From NCBI GenBank assembly GCA_023139205.1, contig JAGLOA010000004.1, positions 1 to 57,484 of the forward strand: a DNA stretch of 57,484 nucleotides, in the 5' to 3' direction. This stretch comes from Candidatus Pacearchaeota archaeon (lineage in GTDB: Archaea; Nanobdellota; Nanobdellia; Pacearchaeales; GW2011-AR1). Positions 1 through 8,568 of this stretch are shown here, one piece after another (positions within the stretch are counted from its first letter, which is position 1; each line of letters opens with the position of its first letter). The notes under the pieces were generated by a model. That model searched no databases. It had not been told where the DNA came from and saw only the letters and a list, made by a program, of their open reading frames with translations. The position numbers and the translations under genes are program-made.

Positions 1-57
1 ATTTATAAAATTAATGAAATAAAAATCTTTATAATCTCCTTACATTTCTCTCTAACT

Positions 58-945
58 ATGCCTACTCAAGACACATCAGAAATAAGAGAAAAAATAATAT
101 CAATATTAAATAGAAGAGGCCCGAGTCTTCCAGTTCACATTGCAAAAGAATTAAATTTAAGTATGCTTTTTGCCTCAGCATTTTTATCTGAACTTCTCTC
201 TGAAAAAAAAATAAAAATAAGCAACATGAAAGTTGGAAATTCTCCAGTTTATTTCATCTCTGGACAAGAACCCAAATTAGAAAATTTCTCCCAATACCTC
301 AAAAGCAGGGAAAAAGATGCATTTATTTTATTAAAAGAAAAAAAATTTCTAACAGACCAAGAACAAGATCCGGCAATCAGAGTTGCCTTAAGAGCAATAA
401 AAGATTTTGCAGTTCCATTTAAAAAAAATGAAGAAATTTTTTGGAGATACTTAACAATTCCAGAAACAGAAATAAAAACAGAAGAAAAGGTAGTTCCGAT
501 TACACCTCCTGAAAAAATAGAACCTATCTCTCAAGTAAAAGAAACAAAATCTTTAGAAGAATTAAATATTTTTGACAAAACAAGAGAAAATCCTCCTAAA
601 AAAACTAAAACAATAACAAAGAAGAAAACATCTAACAAAAAAAATGAAAAGTTTTTCAATAAAGTAAAAGAATTTTTAACAGAAAAGCAAATAGAAATTG
701 TAGATATAGAAAATTTTAACAAAGAAGATTTAATTTTAAGAATAAAAGAAAACAATCAAGAAAAACTCTTAATAGCATTTAATAAAAAAAGAATAAGAGA
801 AGAAGAAATAATAAAAGCATTCAAAAAATCCCAAGAGTCTAATTTAAATTATGTAATTCTAAGTTTAGGGGAACCTCTAAGAAAATTAAAATGCTTAATA
901 AAAGCATTAGAAAAATTAGAAAAATTAGAAAAAATAAAGGACTAA
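58..945 (+). CDS. hypothetical protein with possible N-terminal winged-helix domain
   Basis: 295-aa ORF; N-terminus (GPSLPVHIAKELNLSMLFASAFLSEL) has helix-turn-helix-like spacing; K/E-rich linker. Confidence 0.6.
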   Translation: MPTQDTSEIREKIISILNRRGPSLPVHIAKELNLSMLFASAFLSELLSEKKIKISNMKVGNSPVYFISGQEPKLENFSQYLKSREKDAFILLKEKKFLTDQEQDPAIRVALRAIKDFAVPFKKNEEIFWRYLTIPETEIKTEEKVVPITPPEKIEPISQVKETKSLEELNIFDKTRENPPKKTKTITKKKTSNKKNEKFFNKVKEFLTEKQIEIVDIENFNKEDLILRIKENNQEKLLIAFNKKRIREEEIIKAFKKSQESNLNYVILSLGEPLRKLKCLIKALEKLEKLEKIKD

Positions 946-1118
946 TTTTCTTCTAATTTTCTTACAAGAGTCTTCTCAGAATCAATATCGCTTTCTAAAT
1001 CTCTAGGAATAACATAACCCTCAGAGTTTTCACCCCACATTACCTTTATTCCAGGCATTTCCAAGTATTGGTTATCCATTTTACTTCTCCCATTTATTTT
1101 CCTATATTGGTTATCCAT
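942..1118 (-). CDS. small hypothetical protein (58 aa, or 45 aa from the second ATG at 1079)
   Basis: Manual translation MDNQYRKINGRSKMDNQYLEMPGIKVMWGENSEGYVIPRDLESDIDSEKTLVRKLEEN*; GGAGA SD-like motif before both ATGs; below the ORF-track cutoff. Confidence 0.45.
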   Translation of the reverse strand: MDNQYRKINGRSKMDNQYLEMPGIKVMWGENSEGYVIPRDLESDIDSEKTLVRKLEEN

Positions 1119-1202
1119 TTTTTTCTTCTCCTATTTAATTAACCAGCCAAGCCAGGCCCTTACTCCCCTCAAATAAAACCTTAGAAATAAAAGCCCACAA
1201 CC

Positions 1203-1274
1203 TTAGTACTGGACTTTAAGAGCTGAAGCTGATTTAACAACATTCGAATTGGTTAAACTAGCCACTAAACTCAT
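1203..1274 (-). CDS. putative 23-aa leaderless peptide
   Basis: MSLVASLTNSNVVKSASALKVQY*; TATA-like ATATTTAAAT about 25 nt upstream of the ATG on the minus strand. Confidence 0.25.
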   Translation of the reverse strand: MSLVASLTNSNVVKSASALKVQY

Positions 1275-1337
1275 AACCAATTAAAGAAAAAGGAATTTAA
1301 ATATCTTTCTAAAATTAAGAATAATGTATTCGGCATA

Positions 1338-1347
1338 GACATATGTC
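1338..1347. promoter_or_regulatory. palindrome GACATATGTC, candidate transcription factor site
   Basis: Perfect 10-bp palindrome about 70 nt upstream of the rps17e ATG; same motif at 57473-57482. Confidence 0.3.
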
Positions 1348-1413
1348 CTACCCAGATTATACACTAAAATTAAGAATAAAAAGTTTTAAAAACAAAGTAA
1401 AACAAAATTTAAC

Positions 1414-1605
1414 ATGGGAAAAATAAAAACAAACTTAATCAAAAGAACAGCAAAGAACCTCTTAGAAAAAAAGATAGAATTCAGTGAAAATTTTGAAAAA
1501 AATAAAGAGATCCTAAAAGACACTATGCCGAGTAAAAAAATTAGAAATCAAATAGCAGGATTTTTATCTAGATTCAAGAAAAAAGAAGAAAAAATTAACT
1601 TATAA
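1414..1605 (+). CDS. rps17e: 30S ribosomal protein S17e
   Basis: MGKIKTNLIKRTA...FSENFEKNKEIL...PSKKIRNQIAGF matches the S17e signature. Confidence 0.9.
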   Translation: MGKIKTNLIKRTAKNLLEKKIEFSENFEKNKEILKDTMPSKKIRNQIAGFLSRFKKKEEKINL

Positions 1606-1670
1606 GCAATTAAAAGCAAAAAAGAATTCTAACTAAGAAACTTTTTAAATCCAATAATTCTACTAACCTT

Positions 1671-1743
1671 GTCTCTGTAGCTCAGGGTTTAGAGCGCGGC
1701 TCTCATGAGGCCGAGGTCGAGGGTTAAAATCCCTTCAGAGACA
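1671..1743 (+). tRNA. tRNA with CAT anticodon (elongator Met or Ile2), atypical T-loop
   Basis: Cloverleaf: GTCTCTG/CAGAGAC acceptor, GCTC/GAGC D-stem, CGGCT-CTCATGA-GGCCG anticodon arm, GAGGG-TTAAAAT-CCCTT T-arm. Confidence 0.8.
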
Positions 1744-1851
1744 TTTCCTCGACCGAGAAGAGGTCGCGAGGTTATTGAACAGCGACAAATTTCTAAGATT
1801 AATAACGTCTTTTCGATGACTGAGTCAGAGTTAAAATCTCCTCAGAGACAT
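1723..1851. mobile_element. short structured insert flanked by duplicated tRNA-CAT 3' end
   Basis: GTTAAAATCCCTTCAGAGACAT (1723-1744) vs GTTAAAATCTCCTCAGAGACAT (1830-1851), 20/22 identical; hairpins in between. Confidence 0.6.
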
Positions 1852-1906
1852 CTCAGATTAAATTTAATCATCATAATTCTTTTAAATTATAAAAAGATTT
1901 AAAAGC

Positions 1907-2305
1907 ATGATTAAATGGTTTAAGAAAAAAAGAATTACTTCATGGGTAATAACCATTCTAATCGCAATAGAGATTTTTTATTTTTCCTCAATCCCTGGAA
2001 ATACTTTGGCAGGAACCAGTGGAGGAAATATCTAGATTTCAAGAACATATCATTTCATTGTATTTTTTCTATTTAGTTTTTTCCTTTTTGCAACAATAAA
2101 TAAAAACAAAAAAATAAAAACAAAACATCTTTTAATTGTCTTAATAATTTCAATAGCATACGCAATCTCAGATGAAATTCATCAACTATTTGTAACTTTT
2201 AGAAATTTCAGTATTAAAGATATTTTAACAGACACTCTTGGAATTTTTTCCTCAATAATAATTTATTCTCATATAAATCAAAAAACACTTAAACAACCAT
2301 CTTAA
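1907..2305 (+). pseudogene. VanZ-like membrane protein with in-frame TAG at codon 43
   Basis: Frame 1907-2305 reads through to YAISDEIHQLFV.FR.FS..D...D.LG (VanZ-like motif); single TAG at 2033-2035. Confidence 0.7.
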
Positions 2306-2636
2306 CTTTATCTCCTTTTTTTCTGGGGATAATATGAAAATGAAAATGTTTCACAACTTGACCTGCTACCTCAAGATTATTATTAATCACATTAAAACCT
2401 TCAGCTTTCTTCTCTTCAATTAACTTTAAAGAAGTTTTTTTAATACAATCAATTAACTCTGAACCCAAACTACTTGGTAAATCCAGAATATTTTCAAAAT
2501 GTTTTTTAGAAATAATTAAACTATGCCCTTCAACAATCGGACTAGCATCAGGAATAGAAAAAAAATTATCATTTTCATAAATTATTTCCCCAGAAGCTAT
2601 TTCCCCCTTAACTATCTTACAAAAAACACAATCCAT
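2289..2636 (-). CDS. HIT (histidine triad) family hydrolase
   Basis: MDCVFCKIV start and AGQVVKHFHFHIIPR triad. Confidence 0.92.
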   Translation of the reverse strand: MDCVFCKIVKGEIASGEIIYENDNFFSIPDASPIVEGHSLIISKKHFENILDLPSSLGSELIDCIKKTSLKLIEEKKAEGFNVINNNLEVAGQVVKHFHFHIIPRKKGDKVKMVV

Positions 2637-2701
2637 TTAAATAAGAATAAAAAATACTTTAAAAAAATTTAGATTATAAAAAAATAAAAAAGAGAATTCT
2701 A

Positions 2702-2908
2702 CTATCTTCTTTTTTTCTTAACAGCTTTTCTCTTTGCAGGCTTTCTCTTAACTGTCTTTCTTGTTACTTTTCTCTTAACAGTTCTTTTTACAGGTTTCTT
2801 CTTTTTTGCCACAACAGATTTTTTCTTAGCTGCTTCAAGTTTTTTAACTTGGTTCTTAAGAGATCTTATCTTAATATCAAGCTGTTTTGGTGTTCTAGCT
2901 TTTGCCAT
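2702..2908 (-). CDS. small, highly basic Lys/Arg-rich protein (histone H1-like composition)
   Basis: 68 aa with repeated KRTVKRK/KRKAVKK-type units. Confidence 0.6.
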   Translation of the reverse strand: MAKARTPKQLDIKIRSLKNQVKKLEAAKKKSVVAKKKKPVKRTVKRKVTRKTVKRKPAKRKAVKKKRR

Positions 2909-3012
2909 TTTTCACCTCTCTTTTTAATTAATTAAAACAAGAAACTAATATTTAAAAACTCTTCGGTGTGAAAAGGATTAAAAATTTTAAAAAAGAAAAC
3001 AGCTTCGACAAA

Positions 3013-4683
3013 TTACTTTGTTCTTGTATGGATTAATTTTCCAAATTTTTCAAAATTAATTTCTTCTTCAATTAATTTTTTCAAAACTTCTCTAAGATCA
3101 GAAATTTTAACACGAATTTGTTGAGTTGTATCACGAAATCTTATTGTGACATCTTTCTTTTTATCTGAATCCCCGTCAATAGTTATACAATAAGGAGTTC
3201 CTATTTCATCATTACGCGCATATCTTCTTCCAATACTTCCAGATTTATCATAACAAACATTCCAATCTTTTTTCAATTCATAAACAATATCCTCTGCGAT
3301 CTTTTCAAATTTTTTCTGTTTGATAATTGGAAATACTGCTGCTTTTATTGGAGCAAGTTTAGCAGGAATTTTTAAAACAACATTTTTTCTTTTTTCATCA
3401 TAACAATATGAATTTGCTAAAACAGCTAAAAAAATTCTTTCCATCCCAAAAGTTGGTTCAATAACCCTTGGCAAAACTTTTTTTCCATATTTCTCGTCGA
3501 ATATTTCCAAATTTTGTTTGCTTTCATCTTGATGTTGAGTTAAATCAAATTGTCCCCTATTAGCATTCCCTGCAACTTCTTTGCTTCCAAAAGGATATTC
3601 ATAATCAATATCAAAAGTTGCAGAAGAATAATGGGAAAGTTCATCTTTAGTATGTTCTCTAATCTTAATATTATTCAAATTCAAACCTCTAAACCACAAA
3701 ATTTGTTCTGCAAGCCAATAAGCATGCCACTCTCCTAATTTATTTTTTTCTAAAAGTTCTTTTATTGTAATTTCTTTTAAATCTTGCTTTCCTTTATTTT
3801 GAGTTTCTTCGTCTAAAAATTTAAATTTACAATTTAAATGCCTAGAAGTTAATAAATCACATTTTTTTTCTTCAGGATTAATAAAAAATTCAAACTCTCC
3901 AATATGAAATTCCCTGCTCCTAAATAAGAAATCTCTTGGAGCAATCTCATTTCTAAAACATCTCCCAATTTGTGCAATTCCAAAAGGCAATTGCATTCTG
4001 GAAGTTTGCTGGACTAATTTAAAATTCATAAACATAGATTGAGCAGTTTCTCCTCGAAGATATGATTTAACAGACTCCAAAGCTCCAATAGTTGTCTCAA
4101 ACATTAAATTAAAATCACCTCTAACCTCATAATCTCCACCACACTCACATTTAACTTTCCCTTCCTCAGATTTATCAATCTTTGTCGCTTTTTTACATTT
4201 TTTACAAACAACAGCAAGATCAGAAAAATTTTCTAAATGTCCTGAAGCTTTCCAGGTTCGAGGATGAGAAATAATACTCGCCTCAATTCCAACAACATTA
4301 TCTTTTTTCCTCACAAAAAAATTCCACCAATTATCTTTAATATTCTTAAACAACTCTATCCCAAAAGGACCAAAATCCCAAAAACCAGAAAACCCCCCAT
4401 AAACATCACTAGATCTAAAAACAAATCCTTTTCTTTTACAAAAACTAGCTAAATCTTCAATTGAAATTTTCTCTCTCTTTAGTTCAACAACAGATTTATC
4501 CACAGAATTTTTTGTTTCTTCTTTTCTCCCCTCAAGAATATCTTTTGCTTTTTTCTCAGCTTCTTTTTTTTCTTTTCCAAGATAAGCAAGAGTTTTTGTT
4601 TTTACTTTTCCTTCAACTCTTTTATTTTCATTAAGATAATAATAATCATTCCCATGAATTTTTTTCTTAACAACAAAAGCCAT
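3013..4683 (-). CDS. glyS: glycyl-tRNA synthetase (alpha2 type) with extra N-terminal domain
   Basis: KRKGFV...YGGFSGFWDFGPFG, LRGETAQSMF, GIAQIGRCFRNEI.PR.FLFRSREF, VIEPTFG, GSIGRRYARNDEIGTP; start placed at ATG 4683 (MAFVV). Confidence 0.95.
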   Translation of the reverse strand: MAFVVKKKIHGNDYYYLNENKRVEGKVKTKTLAYLGKEKKEAEKKAKDILEGRKEETKNSVDKSVVELKREKISIEDLASFCKRKGFVFRSSDVYGGFSGFWDFGPFGIELFKNIKDNWWNFFVRKKDNVVGIEASIISHPRTWKASGHLENFSDLAVVCKKCKKATKIDKSEEGKVKCECGGDYEVRGDFNLMFETTIGALESVKSYLRGETAQSMFMNFKLVQQTSRMQLPFGIAQIGRCFRNEIAPRDFLFRSREFHIGEFEFFINPEEKKCDLLTSRHLNCKFKFLDEETQNKGKQDLKEITIKELLEKNKLGEWHAYWLAEQILWFRGLNLNNIKIREHTKDELSHYSSATFDIDYEYPFGSKEVAGNANRGQFDLTQHQDESKQNLEIFDEKYGKKVLPRVIEPTFGMERIFLAVLANSYCYDEKRKNVVLKIPAKLAPIKAAVFPIIKQKKFEKIAEDIVYELKKDWNVCYDKSGSIGRRYARNDEIGTPYCITIDGDSDKKKDVTIRFRDTTQQIRVKISDLREVLKKLIEEEINFEKFGKLIHTRTK

Positions 4684-4726
4684 TGATAAATTAGGCACTA
4701 CGAAGTATTTAAATTTTTTGATAGAA

Positions 4727-4799
4727 AGCGGAGAGTGGGACTCGAACCCACGAAAATTCGCTCTGCAGGCGAACGCAGTAGCCGCTGTGCCACCTCCGC
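4727..4799 (-). tRNA. tRNA-Cys(GCA)
   Basis: Minus-strand cloverleaf GCGGAGG...TTCGC-CTGCAGA-GCGAA...GTGGG-TTCGAGT-CCCAC-TCTCCGC-T. Confidence 0.93.
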
Positions 4800-4912
4800 A
4801 TATCTAAAGATTAAGAATTCTATATTTAAAGGTTTTTAGTCACAATTATTCAACTCTTTTTTCATTTTAACTTAACATTTATTATTGCTACTTTTTCTCT
4901 CATTAGAAAGTA

Positions 4913-5562
4913 TCACTTCAATTTTAATGATTTAAGCAATCTCGGCTTTGATAAACCTTTTTTTGGATGCAAATCCCACTCCATAAATTCTATCTCGTTT
5001 ACACTAAATTCTTCAAAGGAATAATCTCGATATCTCTTCTCTATTTCTTTAAACAAATTTGAGGGATTGTTTTTGAAAAATGTTGTAGAAATATGAGGAA
5101 CAAAACCAAATTTTTCTTTAAGACTAAATTTTTCTAAAATTTTTTTATTTAGACCATAGATAGCTTTGTTAGGAGAATAAACTTGTGCAAAGATTAGTGT
5201 TGGAAGATGATTCAAACCATTAATAGCTAACTCAAAAGAAGAAGTTTTATCACAAATTTTCTTTAACCCCCTTCATATTTTTTTTGGATAATTTTATTAT
5301 AATTTTTATTCGCTATCTCTAAACCTGAAACTGTAATATGATATCTTTCTTTAAAAATAAACTCGTTATTTGGGAATTTTCTTTTTAGTTTTTTAATTAA
5401 AAAATCTATATTTGAAATAATTTGTTTTGGGAGAGGAATACTTACCCCAAAATAATAACCTTGATTTTTTGGGAAGGGTTTAACCATAAAGGATTTTTCA
5501 GGATCATTGCATGAATCCCAAATTTTTTGGAATTCTTTTTTTTGATTCATTTTAAATTTCAT
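4913..5562 (-). pseudogene. 2H phosphoesterase / 2'-5' RNA ligase-like gene split by a frameshift
   Basis: Upstream ORF has YHITV and downstream ORF has PHIST (the two HxT/S motifs of 2H enzymes); frames join at a G5 run near 5267-5271. Confidence 0.65.
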
Positions 5563-5636
5563 GCCCCCGACAGGATTTGAACCTGCGACCTACTGCTTAG
5601 AAGGCAGTCGCTCTATCCAGGCTGAGCTACAGGGGC
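5562..5636 (-). tRNA. tRNA-Arg(TCT)
   Basis: GCCCCTG...ACTGC-CTTCTAA-GCAGT-AGGTC-GCAGG-TTCAAAT-CCTGT-CGGGGGC-A. Confidence 0.95.
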
Positions 5637-5674
5637 CTACCAAATTAAAGAACAAGAACCTATTTAAAATCTTT

Positions 5675-6571
5675 CTATTCGACCTCAAAATCATCTAAAT
5701 CTTTAGCTACAAAAGAATTTTTGAAAACTTTTTTTGCTTCATCCAAAATTTTTTTAAAATTATTCTCATATCTTTGACTTATATGAGTTAAAACAAGTTT
5801 TTTTGATTTAGATTTTTTGGCAATTTCTCCAGCTTGTGTTGAAGTCAAATGTAAATGTTCTTTAGCCTGATCCTGCAAATCAGAACCAAAATTTGACTCG
5901 CAAACAAGTAAATCAGAATTCTTTACAAAAGGAACAATCTCCTTGTTATCTAAAGTATCTAAAACAAAAGAAATCTTCTTGTCATCTTCTTTAAAAGTTA
6001 AATTCTTTACCAAATATTTTTTTCCCTCATAAGAAATATTTTTTCCTTGTTTTAACTTTTGCAACAAAGGACCTAAAGGCAAACCAGATTTTTTCAATTT
6101 GTTCTTATCAATTCTCCTCTGACCTTTTTTCACAAAACAATAAGCATTACACGGAATCCCATGCTTCATTTTTTCAGATTCAAGAAAAAAATCATCTGTT
6201 TCAAAAAATTTCCTATCAACCTCTTCAACAAAAATCTTATAATTTTTCTTAAAACCAAAAACTCTCAATAAATCTTTCATAAAAAGTTTAGTTCCTTTTG
6301 GACCATAAATAAAAAGAATTTTATTATAACCGCTTAAAGCCAAAGTAGACAATAAACCAGGTAGTCCTAAAACATGGTCTCCATGCAAATGAGTAATTAA
6401 AATCCTAGTTATCTTACAAGGATTAAGTCTGGCTTTTCTAAATTGCCTTTGAGTCCCTTCCCCGCAATCTACTAAAATATTCTCTTCATTATAAGTCAAC
6501 AAAATAGCTGAATGATTTCTTTTAGCACTTGGAATCTGATCTGCAGTTCCCAAAAAATTTATCTTTATCAT
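5675..6571 (-). CDS. rnz: ribonuclease Z
   Basis: FLGT...RN, LVDCGEGTQRQ, THLHGDHVLG, HLHLTS, LTHISQRY; start moved to MIKINFLG at 6571. Confidence 0.93.
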   Translation of the reverse strand: MIKINFLGTADQIPSAKRNHSAILLTYNEENILVDCGEGTQRQFRKARLNPCKITRILITHLHGDHVLGLPGLLSTLALSGYNKILFIYGPKGTKLFMKDLLRVFGFKKNYKIFVEEVDRKFFETDDFFLESEKMKHGIPCNAYCFVKKGQRRIDKNKLKKSGLPLGPLLQKLKQGKNISYEGKKYLVKNLTFKEDDKKISFVLDTLDNKEIVPFVKNSDLLVCESNFGSDLQDQAKEHLHLTSTQAGEIAKKSKSKKLVLTHISQRYENNFKKILDEAKKVFKNSFVAKDLDDFEVE

Positions 6572-6670
6572 AAAAGAAAAAAGATAAACTGATTTATAAT
6601 GTTTTCTTAAAGTTCCAACTAAAAATAAAACATCAGAATTATACCTAGCGAAAATCAACAGGCACAACGC

Positions 6671-6925
6671 TTATTCAGTTTTCTTTAATGCAGTAGATGC
6701 AGGAGAAATAAAAATAATTGTATCTCCTCTTAAAAAAGTCAATCCAAGATTTCTTTTTATTTCATTGTTTTGCATTTCTTTCACATTATCCAACACTAAA
6801 TTAATGTGGATGTCAAAAGCCAACAAAGTTCCAACAAACTGTTTGTCACTTTTCAAATGCACTAAAACTTCTTTTCCCTTAGACGTATTCAACAAATCCA
6901 AAGGACGTTCAATTCCATTAACCAT
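6671..6925 (-). CDS. Sm-like archaeal protein (SmAP/Lsm)
   Basis: ERPLDLL...GTLLAFDIHINLVL...FLRGDTIIFISP. Confidence 0.92.
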   Translation of the reverse strand: MVNGIERPLDLLNTSKGKEVLVHLKSDKQFVGTLLAFDIHINLVLDNVKEMQNNEIKRNLGLTFLRGDTIIFISPASTALKKTE

Positions 6926-7015
6926 AATTTAAACTTGTATAAACTCTTTATAAATATTTCGTCAATAGAAAGTTATTTAAATAAAAAATAAGCTTTCTTA
7001 ATAAGGTAAACAAAA

Positions 7016-7375
7016 ATGAACAAAGGAAGAAAAGTATCTGGAGGGAAATACATTAGAAACAGAAAAAAGAAATCCTACGAAACAAGAGGACAAAAGAAAG
7101 TCACAAAACTTGGGGAAGAAAAAAGAAAAACAAAAAAAGTAAAAGGCGGAAATAAAAAAACCTACTTACTTCAATCAAAATTTGTGAATGTTAAAGAAAA
7201 AAACAAAACCTCAAAAACAGAGATAAAAAATGTTTTAGAAACTCCTTCAAATAGATTCTTAGCAAGACGAAACATAATTACAAAAGGAACAATTATTGAA
7301 ACAGAACTTGGAAAAGTTAAAATAACAAACCGTCCAACCCAGGAAGGGAATATAAATGGTATCCTTGTTGAGTAA
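7016..7375 (+). CDS. rps8e: 30S ribosomal protein S8e
   Basis: KVSGGKY...NIITKGTIIETELGKVKITNRPTQEGNING. Confidence 0.93.
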   Translation: MNKGRKVSGGKYIRNRKKKSYETRGQKKVTKLGEEKRKTKKVKGGNKKTYLLQSKFVNVKEKNKTSKTEIKNVLETPSNRFLARRNIITKGTIIETELGKVKITNRPTQEGNINGILVE

Positions 7376-7513
7376 TCTCCATCGATAAAAAATATTTCTT
7401 TAAAAAAATACGAAGAATTTTACTATTAAATCATAACTATGAAAACCAAAAGGTTTTTAAAAGGAAAACCTTTATAAATGTTACGTTAAACTAAAAAATA
7501 GTAAAATTCTAAT

Positions 7514-8437
7514 ATGTCCTTTATAAAAAAATGCCCTGAATGTGGAAGTATAAACATAACATATGATGCACATTTAGGAGAAGTAATTTGCAATGATTGT
7601 GGATTAGTTATTGAAGAAAAAATGGCTGACACAGGAATTGATTTACAGGGAAGATTTGACAAAGATGAAAAAAAAGGAAGAGGTGGAGCACCAATCAGTA
7701 TGCAAAAATTTGATAAAGGTCTCACAACAAACGTAGGAGAAATTTCTGACATATACAGATTAGAACCAAAACAAACAAGAAAATTCTTAAGATTAAAAAA
7801 ATGGCAAGAAAGAGTTTCTACAAGTATTGAAAGAAACTTAAGACTCGCAATGGCAGAATTAAGAGTTATTGCCTCTTATTTACATTTGCCTAATGTTGTA
7901 AGAGATGAAGCATCAAGAATTTATAACTACGTTTTACAAAGAAGTTTGGTAAGAGGAAGAAGCATGGAATCAGTAATAGCAGCTTGTTTATATGCTGCAT
8001 GCAGATCATACAACATCCCCCGAACACTAGATGAAATGGCAACTGCATCAGATGTAGAAAGAAAAGAAATAGGAAGAACATACAGATTTATCATAAGAAA
8101 ACTAGGAATCAAAGTAACTCAAAGCTCTCCTAAAGATTATATCTCAAGATTTTCATCTGTTTTGAAATTATCCCCAAGAACTCAAAACGATGCTTTAAAA
8201 GTTTTAAGACAAGCAGAAGAAGTTGAATTAACCTCGGGTAGAGGTCCTGCAGGAATTGCAGCAGCAGCATTGTATGTAGCTGCTTTAATGAATGATGAAA
8301 AGAAAACCCAAAGAGAAGTTGCAGACATAGCAGGAATAACAGAAGTAACAATAAGAAATAGATATAAAGAATTAATAGAAAGATTAAAGCTAGAAGATAA
8401 AATAAAACAAAAAGAAGTTGAATCTAAAAAGAAATAA
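7514..8437 (+). CDS. tfb: transcription initiation factor IIB
   Basis: CPECGS...GEVICNDCGLV zinc ribbon; RGRSMES, PRTLDE, SGRGPAG, TQREVADIAGITEVTIRNRYKEL. Confidence 0.96.
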   Translation: MSFIKKCPECGSINITYDAHLGEVICNDCGLVIEEKMADTGIDLQGRFDKDEKKGRGGAPISMQKFDKGLTTNVGEISDIYRLEPKQTRKFLRLKKWQERVSTSIERNLRLAMAELRVIASYLHLPNVVRDEASRIYNYVLQRSLVRGRSMESVIAACLYAACRSYNIPRTLDEMATASDVERKEIGRTYRFIIRKLGIKVTQSSPKDYISRFSSVLKLSPRTQNDALKVLRQAEEVELTSGRGPAGIAAAALYVAALMNDEKKTQREVADIAGITEVTIRNRYKELIERLKLEDKIKQKEVESKKK

Positions 8438-8484
8438 ATTCTAATTCTAAAACTTTTTATAGCATAATCTCTAAATAAATTTAA

Positions 8485-8568
8485 GCGGAGATGCTGGAGT
8501 GGTCAAACAGGACAGACTCAAAATCTGTTGGCTTAGTGCCTACGAAGGTTCGAATCCTTTTCTCCGCA
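8485..8568 (+). tRNA. tRNA-Leu(CAA)
   Basis: GCGGAGA...ACAGA-CTCAAAA-TCTGT, long variable arm, GAAGG-TTCGAAT-CCTTT-TCTCCGC-A. Confidence 0.95.

Noticed and set aside
907-934. 9-bp tandem repeat TTAGAAAAA x3
   Set aside because: Low-complexity LEK coding repeat at the end of ORF 58-945.
1705-1902. 65-aa ORF MRPRSRVK... from the track
   Set aside because: Starts inside the tRNA-CAT anticodon and runs through the hairpin insert; no coding signature.
6572-6667. N-terminal extension of RNase Z given by the ORF track
   Set aside because: The family start MIKINFLG is at 6571 with a TATA-like box upstream; the extension is likely untranslated.
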